A stretch of 63,978 bases of DNA, filler included, from Candidatus Woesearchaeota archaeon (GTDB lineage: Archaea > Nanobdellota > Nanobdellia > Woesearchaeales > CG1-02-33-12), in the NCBI GenBank assembly GCA_018399355.1. It is 6 parts of 6 records of this genome, joined end to end, with 100 filler letters (N's around TTAATTAATTAA, not from the genome) between each part and the next. Parts side by side here need not be neighbours in the genome. Positions count along the whole stretch, not along the records: positions 1 to 12,638 come from JAGYOA010000027.1; positions 12,739 to 24,999 come from JAGYOA010000028.1; 4 more parts are not named here. One strand, written 5' to 3'. The position numbers and the translations under genes are program-made. Under the pieces are notes generated by a model that worked only from the letters and a program-made list of their open reading frames with translations, was not told the origin of the DNA and ran no database searches. Positions 9,562 to 18,028 of this stretch are shown one piece after another; within the stretch, counting starts at the first letter, position 1, and every line of letters begins with the position of its first letter.

Positions 9562-10496
9562 TCTATTACTCCTTCTTTTTTCAGTGTTTCCAGGGCTTTT
9601 ATCATAGCTATTGGAAATGTTATTGAAACATCTCCAATCACAGTTGCCTCATCTGCATCATCCTTTACTTTTCCCCATGATTTTGCCTCTTTTGTTGTTG
9701 CGCCGCTCATGCTTCCAGAAAAATGTCTTGCAGTAGTCATGTAAACAGCATAATTCATTCCTCCATTTAATAGACAGGAGAATATTGCATGATGCTTTGA
9801 AACCCCTCCTCCAAGAGAAATAACTCCCTTTCTTTCATCATGGCTTGTTGAAAAAAGTATATTTGCAAAATCCTTTACAACATCAACCACAAAATCAGGA
9901 TGTTTTTGCTGGAACATAAAAAGATGAAACCCAAAAGAGCCGTCTGTTATCGCAGGGCAGAATATTGGCACATTATTTTTTGCTGCCTGAAAAAGTATTG
10001 AATTTTCATCATCAATCATCAATCCAATCTCTTTCAATAATTCTGAAACAGGCCATCTTTTTTTCTTATCATAAAGCTTTTCAAGCATTGGCATTATCAT
10101 ATCCTCGAATTTTGCATAGCTCTCGTTCTTTATGAATAAATTTCCAACGCGGTTTACCCCTTTTTCATAAAGCTCTATATCATCTATATTAAAATCCCCT
10201 ATGATGAATTTTTCTCCTATTGCCTTCATTATGTCTTCCTCAAGACCACCTACAGTTGTAACAATCACATCAGCCATTTTAATATTAATAAGCTGGGCAA
10301 AAAATCCTCTTAATCCAGAAGTAACCATATTAGAAGTAAAGGTAAGAAATATCTTTACTCCCTCTTTTTTCATTTTAATGATTATATTAGAGGCCTTTTC
10401 AAGCTCAACTCCCTGAAATCCAACTTTACCTATTTTTTCCACTAATTCATTAACCTTCATTCTATATTCCCATTTAAAATCATTAACATTATCCAT
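9558..10496 (-). CDS. dys: Deoxyhypusine synthase-family protein
   Basis: FTSNMVTSGLR, GGLEEDIMK, PAITDGS, GSMSGA, EAKSWGK (catalytic Lys); GGAGTGG RBS before ATG 10496. Confidence 0.92.
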   Translation of the reverse strand: MDNVNDFKWEYRMKVNELVEKIGKVGFQGVELEKASNIIIKMKKEGVKIFLTFTSNMVTSGLRGFFAQLINIKMADVIVTTVGGLEEDIMKAIGEKFIIGDFNIDDIELYEKGVNRVGNLFIKNESYAKFEDMIMPMLEKLYDKKKRWPVSELLKEIGLMIDDENSILFQAAKNNVPIFCPAITDGSFGFHLFMFQQKHPDFVVDVVKDFANILFSTSHDERKGVISLGGGVSKHHAIFSCLLNGGMNYAVYMTTARHFSGSMSGATTKEAKSWGKVKDDADEATVIGDVSITFPIAMIKALETLKKEGVIE

Positions 10497-10666
10497 TATA
10501 ACCACTCCAAAAAGATATAGCTAAAACTACTAAAAAGAAAAAATCATGAACCCATTTTTCTTACTGAACTCATGTTAAAAAGGATAAAAAGGCAGTATTT
10601 AAGCTTTTCTATAATCGTGCAAAAGCTTTAAATATAATGCATAATTCTCTTGATATGGTGATAATT

Positions 10667-11086
10667 ATGGGTGTAATTGGAATTGATTTCAATAAAATAC
10701 AGGTTGAGAGAACAGGCAACCTAAAAGGAGAGATAAAGATAAACAACAATGTTTCTGTAAAAAGTATTGATAAGATAGATGTCCCAATGAAAAAAAGCGA
10801 CCAGGAAGGCTTAAGTTTTGGGTTTGAATTCACATCAACATATGAGCCAAAGGTTGGCAAAGTAACAATAAATGGAAGTGTCATTGCAGTTGAAGACAAG
10901 AAAATAGCAGAGCAGGCTGTAAAAGACTGGAAAAAAGACAAAAAAACGGAAAGCGATATTATGACAAAAGTGATGAATTCAATACTTGAAAAATGCCATA
11001 TTGAATCATTGATTTTGAGCAGGGAAGTTAAACTGCCTCCGCCAATACCTTTGCCAAAAGTAAAGGCGAAAGAAAAACAAGAATAA
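10667..11086 (+). CDS. Conserved archaeal hypothetical protein (beta-rich) upstream of cdc48
   Basis: GGTGA RBS before ATG 10667; C-terminal LSREVKLPPPIPLP. Confidence 0.7.
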   Translation: MGVIGIDFNKIQVERTGNLKGEIKINNNVSVKSIDKIDVPMKKSDQEGLSFGFEFTSTYEPKVGKVTINGSVIAVEDKKIAEQAVKDWKKDKKTESDIMTKVMNSILEKCHIESLILSREVKLPPPIPLPKVKAKEKQE

Positions 11087-11141
11087 AACCAAAACATTTA
11101 TTTATTACTTTTAATTCTTATACTTTCAGTTAGGGGGTAAA

Positions 11142-12638
11142 ATGTCAGAAAAAGAGATAAAACTAAAGGTTATTGAGGCCCTTCCGGATGATGTAAACAA
11201 GGGCATAGTAAAGATTGATTCAGATTTGCTTCCAAAAATAGATTTAAGGTTAGGTGATATTGTAAGAATCAAGGGTGAAAGAGAAACTGTTGCAATAGTT
11301 GAAAGAGGATATCCTGGTGATAAAGGTCTTAACCTTATAAGAATGGATGGAATAACAAGAAGAAATGCAAAAACAGGCATTGGAGAGGTTGTTTCTGTTT
11401 CAAAGGCAGATGTAAAAGAGGCAAAAAAAATAATAATTGCACCTGCAAGCAAAGGGCTTGTTGTTAATGCTCCTCCCCATATATTCAAGCAGGGGCTTAT
11501 TGGAAAAGCAGTAACCAAGGGAGATATAATCTCTTTAGGCTATAGCTCTCAAAGAAGAAAAAGTGAGGAAATTGATGATATTTATGATATGATAAGCAAG
11601 AGCATGATGGGATTTGGATTAGGAAGCATCAAGTTTGTTGTTGCTGACGCAAACCCAAAGGGGGAGGTTGTCATATCAGAGCTTACAGAAGTAGTATTTA
11701 ATCCAGAGGCAGTAGAAATAAAAGAGGAAAAATTTCTTGAAGTAACTTATGATGATATAGGCGGGCTGAAAGATGAAATCAGCAAGGTAAGAGAGATGGT
11801 TGAGCTTCCTTTAAAGCATCCTGAATTATTTGAAAGATTGGGAATAGATCCTCCAAAAGGAGTATTACTTCATGGCTCACCTGGAACAGGAAAAACATTA
11901 CTGGCCAAAGCAGTTGCAAATGAAACAAACTCTCATTTTTTATTGATTAATGGCCCAGAGATAATGAGCAAGTTTTATGGTGAATCAGAGGGAAACTTAA
12001 GGAAAAAGTTTGAGGAGGCAGAAAAAAATGCGCCATCCATAATTTTCATAGACGAGATAGATGCAATCGCCCCAAAAAGAGAGGAATCTCGGGGAGAGGT
12101 TGAAAGAAGGGTTGTTGCTCAATTGCTTGCTTTAATGGACGGGCTTAATGCCCGCGGAAAGGTAGTTGTTATTGCAGCAACAAACATTCCAAATGCGATT
12201 GACATTGCATTAAGAAGGCCGGGAAGATTTGACAGAGAAATAGAAATAGGAATTCCAAGCAAAGAAGGCAGGGAAGACATACTAAAGATACATACAAGGA
12301 ATATGCCTTTGGCAAAAAATGTCAATATTAAAGAGATAGCCAACAAAACATACGGCTTTGTTGGAGCAGATTTAGCAGCATTGTCAAAAGAAGCTGCTAT
12401 GATAGTGTTGAGAAGGCTCTTGCCGGAAATCAAGATAAGGGAAGACAACACCATACCTAAAGAAATACTTGAGAAATTAAAGATAACAAGAAAAGATTTT
12501 AATTCAGCATTAAAAGTAGTAAGGCCTTCTGCATTAAGGGAAGTTTTGGTTGAGGTTCCTGATGTTAAATGGGATGATATTGGCGGTTTAGATGAACAAG
12601 TAAAAAAAGAAAGAGAGATCTATTTTATAGAAAATGTG
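11142..12638 (+). CDS. cdc48: Cdc48/VCP-family AAA+ ATPase, truncated by contig end at the start of D2
   Basis: N-domain [12 protein letters not shown]1 [39 protein letters not shown]2 starts VKWDDIGGL. Confidence 0.93.
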
Positions 12639-12738
12639 NNNNNNNNNNNNNNNNNNNNNNNNNNNNNNNNNNNNNNNNNNNNTTAATTAATTAANNNNNN
12701 NNNNNNNNNNNNNNNNNNNNNNNNNNNNNNNNNNNNNN
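12639..12738. other. Artificial contig spacer
   Basis: 44 N + TTAATTAATTAA (stops in all frames) + 44 N; identical at five sites. Confidence 0.98.
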
Positions 12739-12739
12739 T

Positions 12740-13519
12740 GTTGTTCATGAAAAAGAAAAAAAAGCTTATGATATTTTAATACAGAAAAAAATAATAAGGG
12801 ATAATGATGCCGAGCCTGTCGTAAGAGTTGCCTTAAGAAATATAAGGGATTTTGCTATACCCCTAAAAGTCAAGATTAAGGATAATGAGGAAATATTCTG
12901 GAAATGGTATCTCACAACAAACCAGGAAGCAGAAACTATAATAAGAGGGATGATAAATGAAAATGAAGAAAAACCAGCCCAGGAGCAAAACAATCTAGAA
13001 GAACAACCAGAACTAGAACAAAAAGAAGAGAAAAAAGAACAAGTTAAGGAACAGGAAAAAACAGAAGAAAAACCTGATAATGAAAAAGAAAAAACAGAGA
13101 AAGAAGAGGTAAAGGAAAAGAAACAAACAGAAAAACAAGATAAAAAAGAAAATTTTTATCATGAGAAAAAAGAAGAGGATAAAAGCAAATTTATTGATAA
13201 AACATCACAAGATCCTTTTCTTAAGGAAATAAAAAGATTCCTTGAAAAAAACAATATTGAATTAGTTGAAAGTAAAATATTAAAAAAGAACTCTGAGCTT
13301 GAATTGATATTAGAGCTTCCCAGCTCTGTCGGGACATTAAATTATTACTGCATGGCAAAAAACAAAAAAAGAATAACTGACGCTGACTTAAGCTCTGCTT
13401 TTGTGCAGGGCCAGCTGAAAAAGCTCCCTGTACTAGTGATTATCAAAGGAGAGATAACAAAAAAGGCAAAAGAAATGCTTTCAAAAGAGTTTAAAGGAAT
13501 GAAAATAAAAAAGATATAA
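12740..13519 (+). CDS. 5'-truncated conserved hypothetical protein with Glu/Lys-rich linker
   Basis: Frame is open from the contig start (VVHEKEKKAYDIL...EPVVRVALRNIRDFAIPL...FWKWY) into ORF 12950-13519; ends 1 nt before fen. Confidence 0.75.
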   Translation, partial: VVHEKEKKAYDILIQKKIIRDNDAEPVVRVALRNIRDFAIPLKVKIKDNEEIFWKWYLTTNQEAETIIRGMINENEEKPAQEQNNLEEQPELEQKEEKKEQVKEQEKTEEKPDNEKEKTEKEEVKEKKQTEKQDKKENFYHEKKEEDKSKFIDKTSQDPFLKEIKRFLEKNNIELVESKILKKNSELELILELPSSVGTLNYYCMAKNKKRITDADLSSAFVQGQLKKLPVLVIIKGEITKKAKEMLSKEFKGMKIKKI

Positions 13520-13520
13520 A

Positions 13521-14552
13521 ATGGGGACACAGATAAAGTCCATTCTTGAGGCAAGGGAAATATCAATTGATGATTTAAAAGGAAAAACCTTGGTTGTTGA
13601 TTCCTATAATCTTCTTTATCAGTTTATTACAACTATTCGCGGAAGAGACGGCTCTTTATTAATGGATTCAAGGGGAAATGTAACCTCTCATCTTATTGGA
13701 ATTTTTTCAAGAATAACAAAAATGATGCAAAAAGAGATAAGATTTGTTTTTGTTTTTGATGGAGAAGCTCCAAAATTAAAGCAAAGGGAAAGGGAAAGAA
13801 GAAAAGAAATTAAGATTGATGCAGAGAAAAAATACCAGAATGCAGTTAAAGAGGAAAATGTGGAGGATATGAAAAAATATGCTGCAAGAACATCAAGATT
13901 AACAAAAGATATGATTAATGATGCAAAAGAGCTTATTGATGCCCTTGGGCTGCCTATTATCGATGCCCCTTCAGAAGGGGAGGCCCAGGCATCATACATG
14001 GTTAAAAACCAAGATGCAGATTATTGTGTTTCGCAGGACTTTGATACTATTTTGTTTGGGTGTCCTTATCTTATAAGAAATCTTTCAATTGCAGGAAAAA
14101 GAAAGGGAAAGGGATTGTCATACACGACCATAAATCCTGAGATGATAAATCTTTCTGAAAACCTAAATAATCTTGGTATTGACCAGAACCAGCTTATTGC
14201 TCTTGGAATGCTTGTTGGAACTGATTATAATAAGGAAGGTATAAAGGGAATAGGCCCAAAAAATGCCCTAAAGCTTGTAAAAGAGTATGGCTCTGACTTT
14301 GAAAATTTGTTTAAAAAGGTTAATTGGAATGAAATTGTTGAAACTAAATGGAAAGAAATATTTAACTTATTTGTAGATATGCCTGTAAAAAAAGACTATA
14401 ATTTAGAATGGAAAAAACCTAATAAGGAAAAGATAATTAAAATTCTTGTTGATGATCATGATTTTTCTATGGAAAGAGTTAAAAGCACTGTTGAAAAGCT
14501 TTTAAAAGAGAATCATAAAAAACAGCAAAAGGGATTAGGGGACTTTTTTTAA
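13521..14552 (+). CDS. fen: Flap endonuclease 1
   Basis: VDSYNLLYQF, FVFDG, APSEGEAQA, SQDFD, GTDYN, GIGPK; C-terminal PIP box QKGLGDFF. Confidence 0.96.
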   Translation: MGTQIKSILEAREISIDDLKGKTLVVDSYNLLYQFITTIRGRDGSLLMDSRGNVTSHLIGIFSRITKMMQKEIRFVFVFDGEAPKLKQRERERRKEIKIDAEKKYQNAVKEENVEDMKKYAARTSRLTKDMINDAKELIDALGLPIIDAPSEGEAQASYMVKNQDADYCVSQDFDTILFGCPYLIRNLSIAGKRKGKGLSYTTINPEMINLSENLNNLGIDQNQLIALGMLVGTDYNKEGIKGIGPKNALKLVKEYGSDFENLFKKVNWNEIVETKWKEIFNLFVDMPVKKDYNLEWKKPNKEKIIKILVDDHDFSMERVKSTVEKLLKENHKKQQKGLGDFF

Positions 14553-14553
14553 A

Positions 14554-15417
14554 ATGGAATGGTATTTTTTTGCAATAACAACTGCTGTTCTTGTTTCAAT
14601 TTACACTTTAGTTGAAAAAAAAGCTTTGATGAAAGAACATGCAATGGAATTTTCTACTGTTCTTGCTATATTTAATTTTTTGATTTCTCTTTTTCTTATT
14701 CCTTTTATTAATATAGACTTTCCAATAAGTCTTCTTGGCTTAATGTACCTTGCTTCATTAATGGGGTCTATTGGGTTTCTGCATATTGCAAAGGCAATAA
14801 AACACATGGATGTATCTTTGGTTGCTCCGCTTACAACATTCAGCCCTGCTTTTGTGGTTGTTTTGGCTTATTTTATTCTAGGTGAGAGGGTAACACTTAT
14901 CCAGATTGGAGGAATAGTTTTGCTTATAATGGGCTCTTTCCTTCTTGAATCAAAAAACCATGGAACAATAAAAATATTTACGAGAACTTTCAAATCAAAT
15001 TATTTTTATTATATGTTTTTTGCATTAACCTTGTATGGATTTTGCGCAATAATAGATAAATTTGTATTAAAAACAGTTTCACCAGTAACCTATCTTCCAA
15101 TAATTAATTTATTTCTTGCATTGAATTTTATTATTTTTATAAGTGTATTTCACAATGGGTTTCAGGGAATAAAAAATGGGATAAAAAGCAATGGCAAATG
15201 GATTTTTTTAGTTGCTGTTTTGATATCGTTATCAAGGCTTTCTCAGTATCAGGCCTTTTCAATGGCCTATGTAAGCCTTGTGATCCCAATAAAAAGGATG
15301 TCTGCCTTCTTTGCCACATTGATAGGGGGCAAAATATTCCACGAAAAAAACCTTGCTAAGAGAATTTTTGCCTGCATTATAATGCTCTGCGGCGCTTTTC
15401 TTGTTATTTTAGGTTAA
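14554..15417 (+). CDS. EamA/DMT-family transporter
   Basis: About 10 TM segments in two repeats; AIKHMDVSLVAPL, ILGERVT, IFHEK. Confidence 0.85.
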   Translation: MEWYFFAITTAVLVSIYTLVEKKALMKEHAMEFSTVLAIFNFLISLFLIPFINIDFPISLLGLMYLASLMGSIGFLHIAKAIKHMDVSLVAPLTTFSPAFVVVLAYFILGERVTLIQIGGIVLLIMGSFLLESKNHGTIKIFTRTFKSNYFYYMFFALTLYGFCAIIDKFVLKTVSPVTYLPIINLFLALNFIIFISVFHNGFQGIKNGIKSNGKWIFLVAVLISLSRLSQYQAFSMAYVSLVIPIKRMSAFFATLIGGKIFHEKNLAKRIFACIIMLCGAFLVILG

Positions 15418-15448
15418 ATTTAAATACTGTTTATTGATATTTTATTTT

Positions 15449-17239
15449 ATGTTGTCGTTAAAAGTTCCTTTGAAAAAAGCAGAGCAGGTTAAAAAATACC
15501 TAATAAACAATAATCTTTTTGATAAGGAAAGGGTTTTTGAAAAAAACAAAAATTTCATATATTTCCCAATTCTTGAAAAAAATAATTTAAAGAAGAAATT
15601 CAGTTTTGTTGATTTTACAAACAAAGAATTAAAAAAAGTAAAGAAAGAAAGCATAACTGACTTATTAAATAAAAAACTAACAAAAGAAGAATTAAGCCTT
15701 GTTCCTTCTGCTTTTGATGTTATTGGAGATATAATAATTCTTGAAATAAAGCCAGGGCTTGAGAAAAAAGAGAAGATTGTTGCAGAGGCCTTCCTTAAAT
15801 TAAATAAAAACATAAAAACAGTTGCAAAAAAATCAGGAATTCATAAAGGTGTTTTCAGGACTCAAAAACTAAAGGTTTTAGCAGGTGAAAAAACAAAGGA
15901 AACCATACATATTGAAAACAATGTAAGAATAAAGCTTGATGTTGAGAAAGTTTACTTTTCCCCAAGATTGAGCAATGAAAGAAAGAGGATAATGAAAATT
16001 GTAAAGCCAAATGAATCAGTCTTAGTTATGTTTTCAGGATGTGGACCCTATCCTGCCGTGCTTTCAAAAAATACAAATGCAAAAGAAATTTATGGTGTTG
16101 AAATTAATCCAACAGCGCATAAATATGCAGTTGAAAATATTAAACTAAATAAATTAAGAAATGTTGAATTGTTTTTAGGTGATGTTAATGAGATTCTGCC
16201 TGAACTGGGCAAAGAAATGATTAGCTTAAAGTCAAGATGGCAAAAAAAGTATATTCATCCAAAGTTAAAGCAAAACCCTAAATTAATAGAATTTTACATG
16301 CCAGAAAAGGATATGGAATCAGAAAAAACCTTATTGAAAATAGACAAAACAATAAAAGAACTTTCAAAAAAGCAGATAAAGATAATGATTCATATGCCTT
16401 TTAGTTATAAAGGAGAATATATAGGTCTTTCAAAAAATAAGAATAATTCAAAAAAATCATTTGAATGCATAAAAAGGCTTGATTGGCTTTCTAAAAATAA
16501 TTCTAATGTAATTGGATTTGTTTTTCATCCTTTAGGTGAAAATTTTAATTTAGAAAATTACAGTGAAAAATATTTCTTTGAAAATTTAGATTATCTTGAA
16601 AAACAGAATCTCCTTGATAATCTTTATCTGGAAAACTGCCCTGGGCCTATTTTTGGTTCAAATAAAGATATATTAAATGTTATAAAAAAATCAAAGTTAA
16701 GGCATATGTGCTTTGACTTTGCACATTATATGATAAGCAATAAAAAGATAAGTGTAAAAGACTACAAAAATATCTCATCAGAGATTGATGTTTATTCTCA
16801 TGTTGTGAACCATAAACTGAATAATAAAGAGCACTGCTGCAGACTAAGAGAGGGAGATATTGATTTTAAGGAATTTGCAGAGCATATTGATAAAGGATGC
16901 ATTGAAGTTTACAGCAAAAGCGAGATTGAGGCAGAAGAACAAATAGATGACTGGAAGTATTTTTTATCAATAAAGCCAAGAAAAAAGTTTGACAGGATAT
17001 TAATGCCTCTGCCAAAGTCAGCAGAGGATTTTCTCGAGCTGGCCTTAAAATCAATAAAAAAACAAGGAATAATACACTTCTATGACTTTCTAAATGAGAA
17101 TGAGTTTTATAAGGCCAAAGAAAAGATAATAAAGGCCTGCAAAAAGGCAAAAAAGAAATGCAAGATTTTAAGAATTGTCAAGTGCGGCCAACACGCCCCT
17201 CATGTTTTCAGAATTTGTGTGGATTTTAAGGTTTGTTAA
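15449..17239 (+). CDS. trm5: Trm5-family tRNA (m1G37) methyltransferase with inserted xylose-isomerase/AP-endonuclease-2 TIM-barrel domain
   Basis: FDVIGDI, VYFSPRLSNER, MFSGCGPY, VEINP, GDV, then a ~258-aa insert, then FDRILMPLPK, GIIHFYDF, RICVDF. Confidence 0.85.
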   Translation: MLSLKVPLKKAEQVKKYLINNNLFDKERVFEKNKNFIYFPILEKNNLKKKFSFVDFTNKELKKVKKESITDLLNKKLTKEELSLVPSAFDVIGDIIILEIKPGLEKKEKIVAEAFLKLNKNIKTVAKKSGIHKGVFRTQKLKVLAGEKTKETIHIENNVRIKLDVEKVYFSPRLSNERKRIMKIVKPNESVLVMFSGCGPYPAVLSKNTNAKEIYGVEINPTAHKYAVENIKLNKLRNVELFLGDVNEILPELGKEMISLKSRWQKKYIHPKLKQNPKLIEFYMPEKDMESEKTLLKIDKTIKELSKKQIKIMIHMPFSYKGEYIGLSKNKNNSKKSFECIKRLDWLSKNNSNVIGFVFHPLGENFNLENYSEKYFFENLDYLEKQNLLDNLYLENCPGPIFGSNKDILNVIKKSKLRHMCFDFAHYMISNKKISVKDYKNISSEIDVYSHVVNHKLNNKEHCCRLREGDIDFKEFAEHIDKGCIEVYSKSEIEAEEQIDDWKYFLSIKPRKKFDRILMPLPKSAEDFLELALKSIKKQGIIHFYDFLNENEFYKAKEKIIKACKKAKKKCKILRIVKCGQHAPHVFRICVDFKVC

Positions 17240-17607
17240 AACCAGAATATGCTTCTAAATGTAATTCCTAGTATTGTTGCAATAAGTCCAAAAATAAAAT
17301 TAAAGACAACTATAAAGGCAAGGTGTATCAACCAAACAAGAGCTGCCTTATACCACTTTAATCTAAAAACTTCATGATATATCCATATCAAAATAATAAA
17401 AGCTATTAAAGCTCCCCATGTTCTGAAAAGAAAGTTTATGATTGAAACTATTATTCCTGAAATCAGGGTTACAATTGCTGTCTTAAAAAGAGTTGTTTTT
17501 CCATTAAGCAGCTTAACAGCAAAGTACAAAGGAAGAGCTGAAATTAGGAATATAATTATCAATATAAGAAATGCAATTATTACTGCTGTTGTTATTATCC
17601 CTATCAT
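17236..17607 (-). CDS. Small polytopic membrane protein
   Basis: 123 aa, about 4 TM segments. Confidence 0.7.
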   Translation of the reverse strand: MIGIITTAVIIAFLILIIIFLISALPLYFAVKLLNGKTTLFKTAIVTLISGIIVSIINFLFRTWGALIAFIILIWIYHEVFRLKWYKAALVWLIHLAFIVVFNFIFGLIATILGITFRSIFWF

Positions 17608-17834
17608 TTTTTAATCAATTTATTATTCTTTTTTTGTTCAGTTCCACCTATACCAATAGTAAACAAAGTAAACGAAACCAGTATAAATATTGCCCCAAGA
17701 GAATAACCTTGCGGGGAAGGCGATTTTGGAAGGCCAATAACTGCTCCAGTTATATTTGCCTGTAAATTAACTAATAAAGATAATCCAAAAACCAAAAAAA
17801 CAAAACTTAGTATAGATGCTGTTTTCTTTTCCAT
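17604..17834 (-). CDS. Small two-TM protein with ITGAVIG motif
   Basis: MEKK start, TM, NITGAVIG, TM; overlaps the downstream gene by ATGA. Confidence 0.6.
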   Translation of the reverse strand: MEKKTASILSFVFLVFGLSLLVNLQANITGAVIGLPKSPSPQGYSLGAIFILVSFTLFTIGIGGTEQKKNNKLIKK

Positions 17835-17923
17835 TATAGGTATATATGGGTTAATCATATATATAAAACTTTCTAGACTTTAATAGAGATAATTATATAT
17901 ATAATATAAACTTCTTTTATACT

Positions 17924-17996
17924 GGCGTGTGCGATGAATTGGTGAACACCAACTGACGAAAGGATGATGAACGGAAGTAACTCATGAGCACATGCC
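17924..17996 (+). ncRNA. Box C/D guide sRNA
   Basis: Terminal stem GGCGTGTGC/GCACATGCC; C GCGATGA 17931-37; D' CTGA 17953-56; C-GAAA-G loop; C' ATGATGA 17964-70; D ATGA 17984-87; TTATATAT box at 17893-17900. Confidence 0.75.
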
Positions 17997-18028
17997 TTTC
18001 AATAATAATGAGAAAAATAAAATAAGAA

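Noticed and set aside
12590..12638. Cdc48 apparently diverging after WDDIGGL ([16 protein letters not shown]), suggesting a single-ring variant
   Set aside because: Last ~45 nt of a contig with no stop codon; truncation or end mis-assembly is more likely
16211..16984. Trm5 insertion as an intein
   Set aside because: No N-terminal Cys/Ser, no His-Asn followed by Cys/Ser/Thr, no LAGLIDADG; motifs are TIM-barrel type
17953..17985. CTGACGA as a hammerhead ribozyme core
   Set aside because: No stem II followed by GAAA; the box C/D layout explains the sequence better
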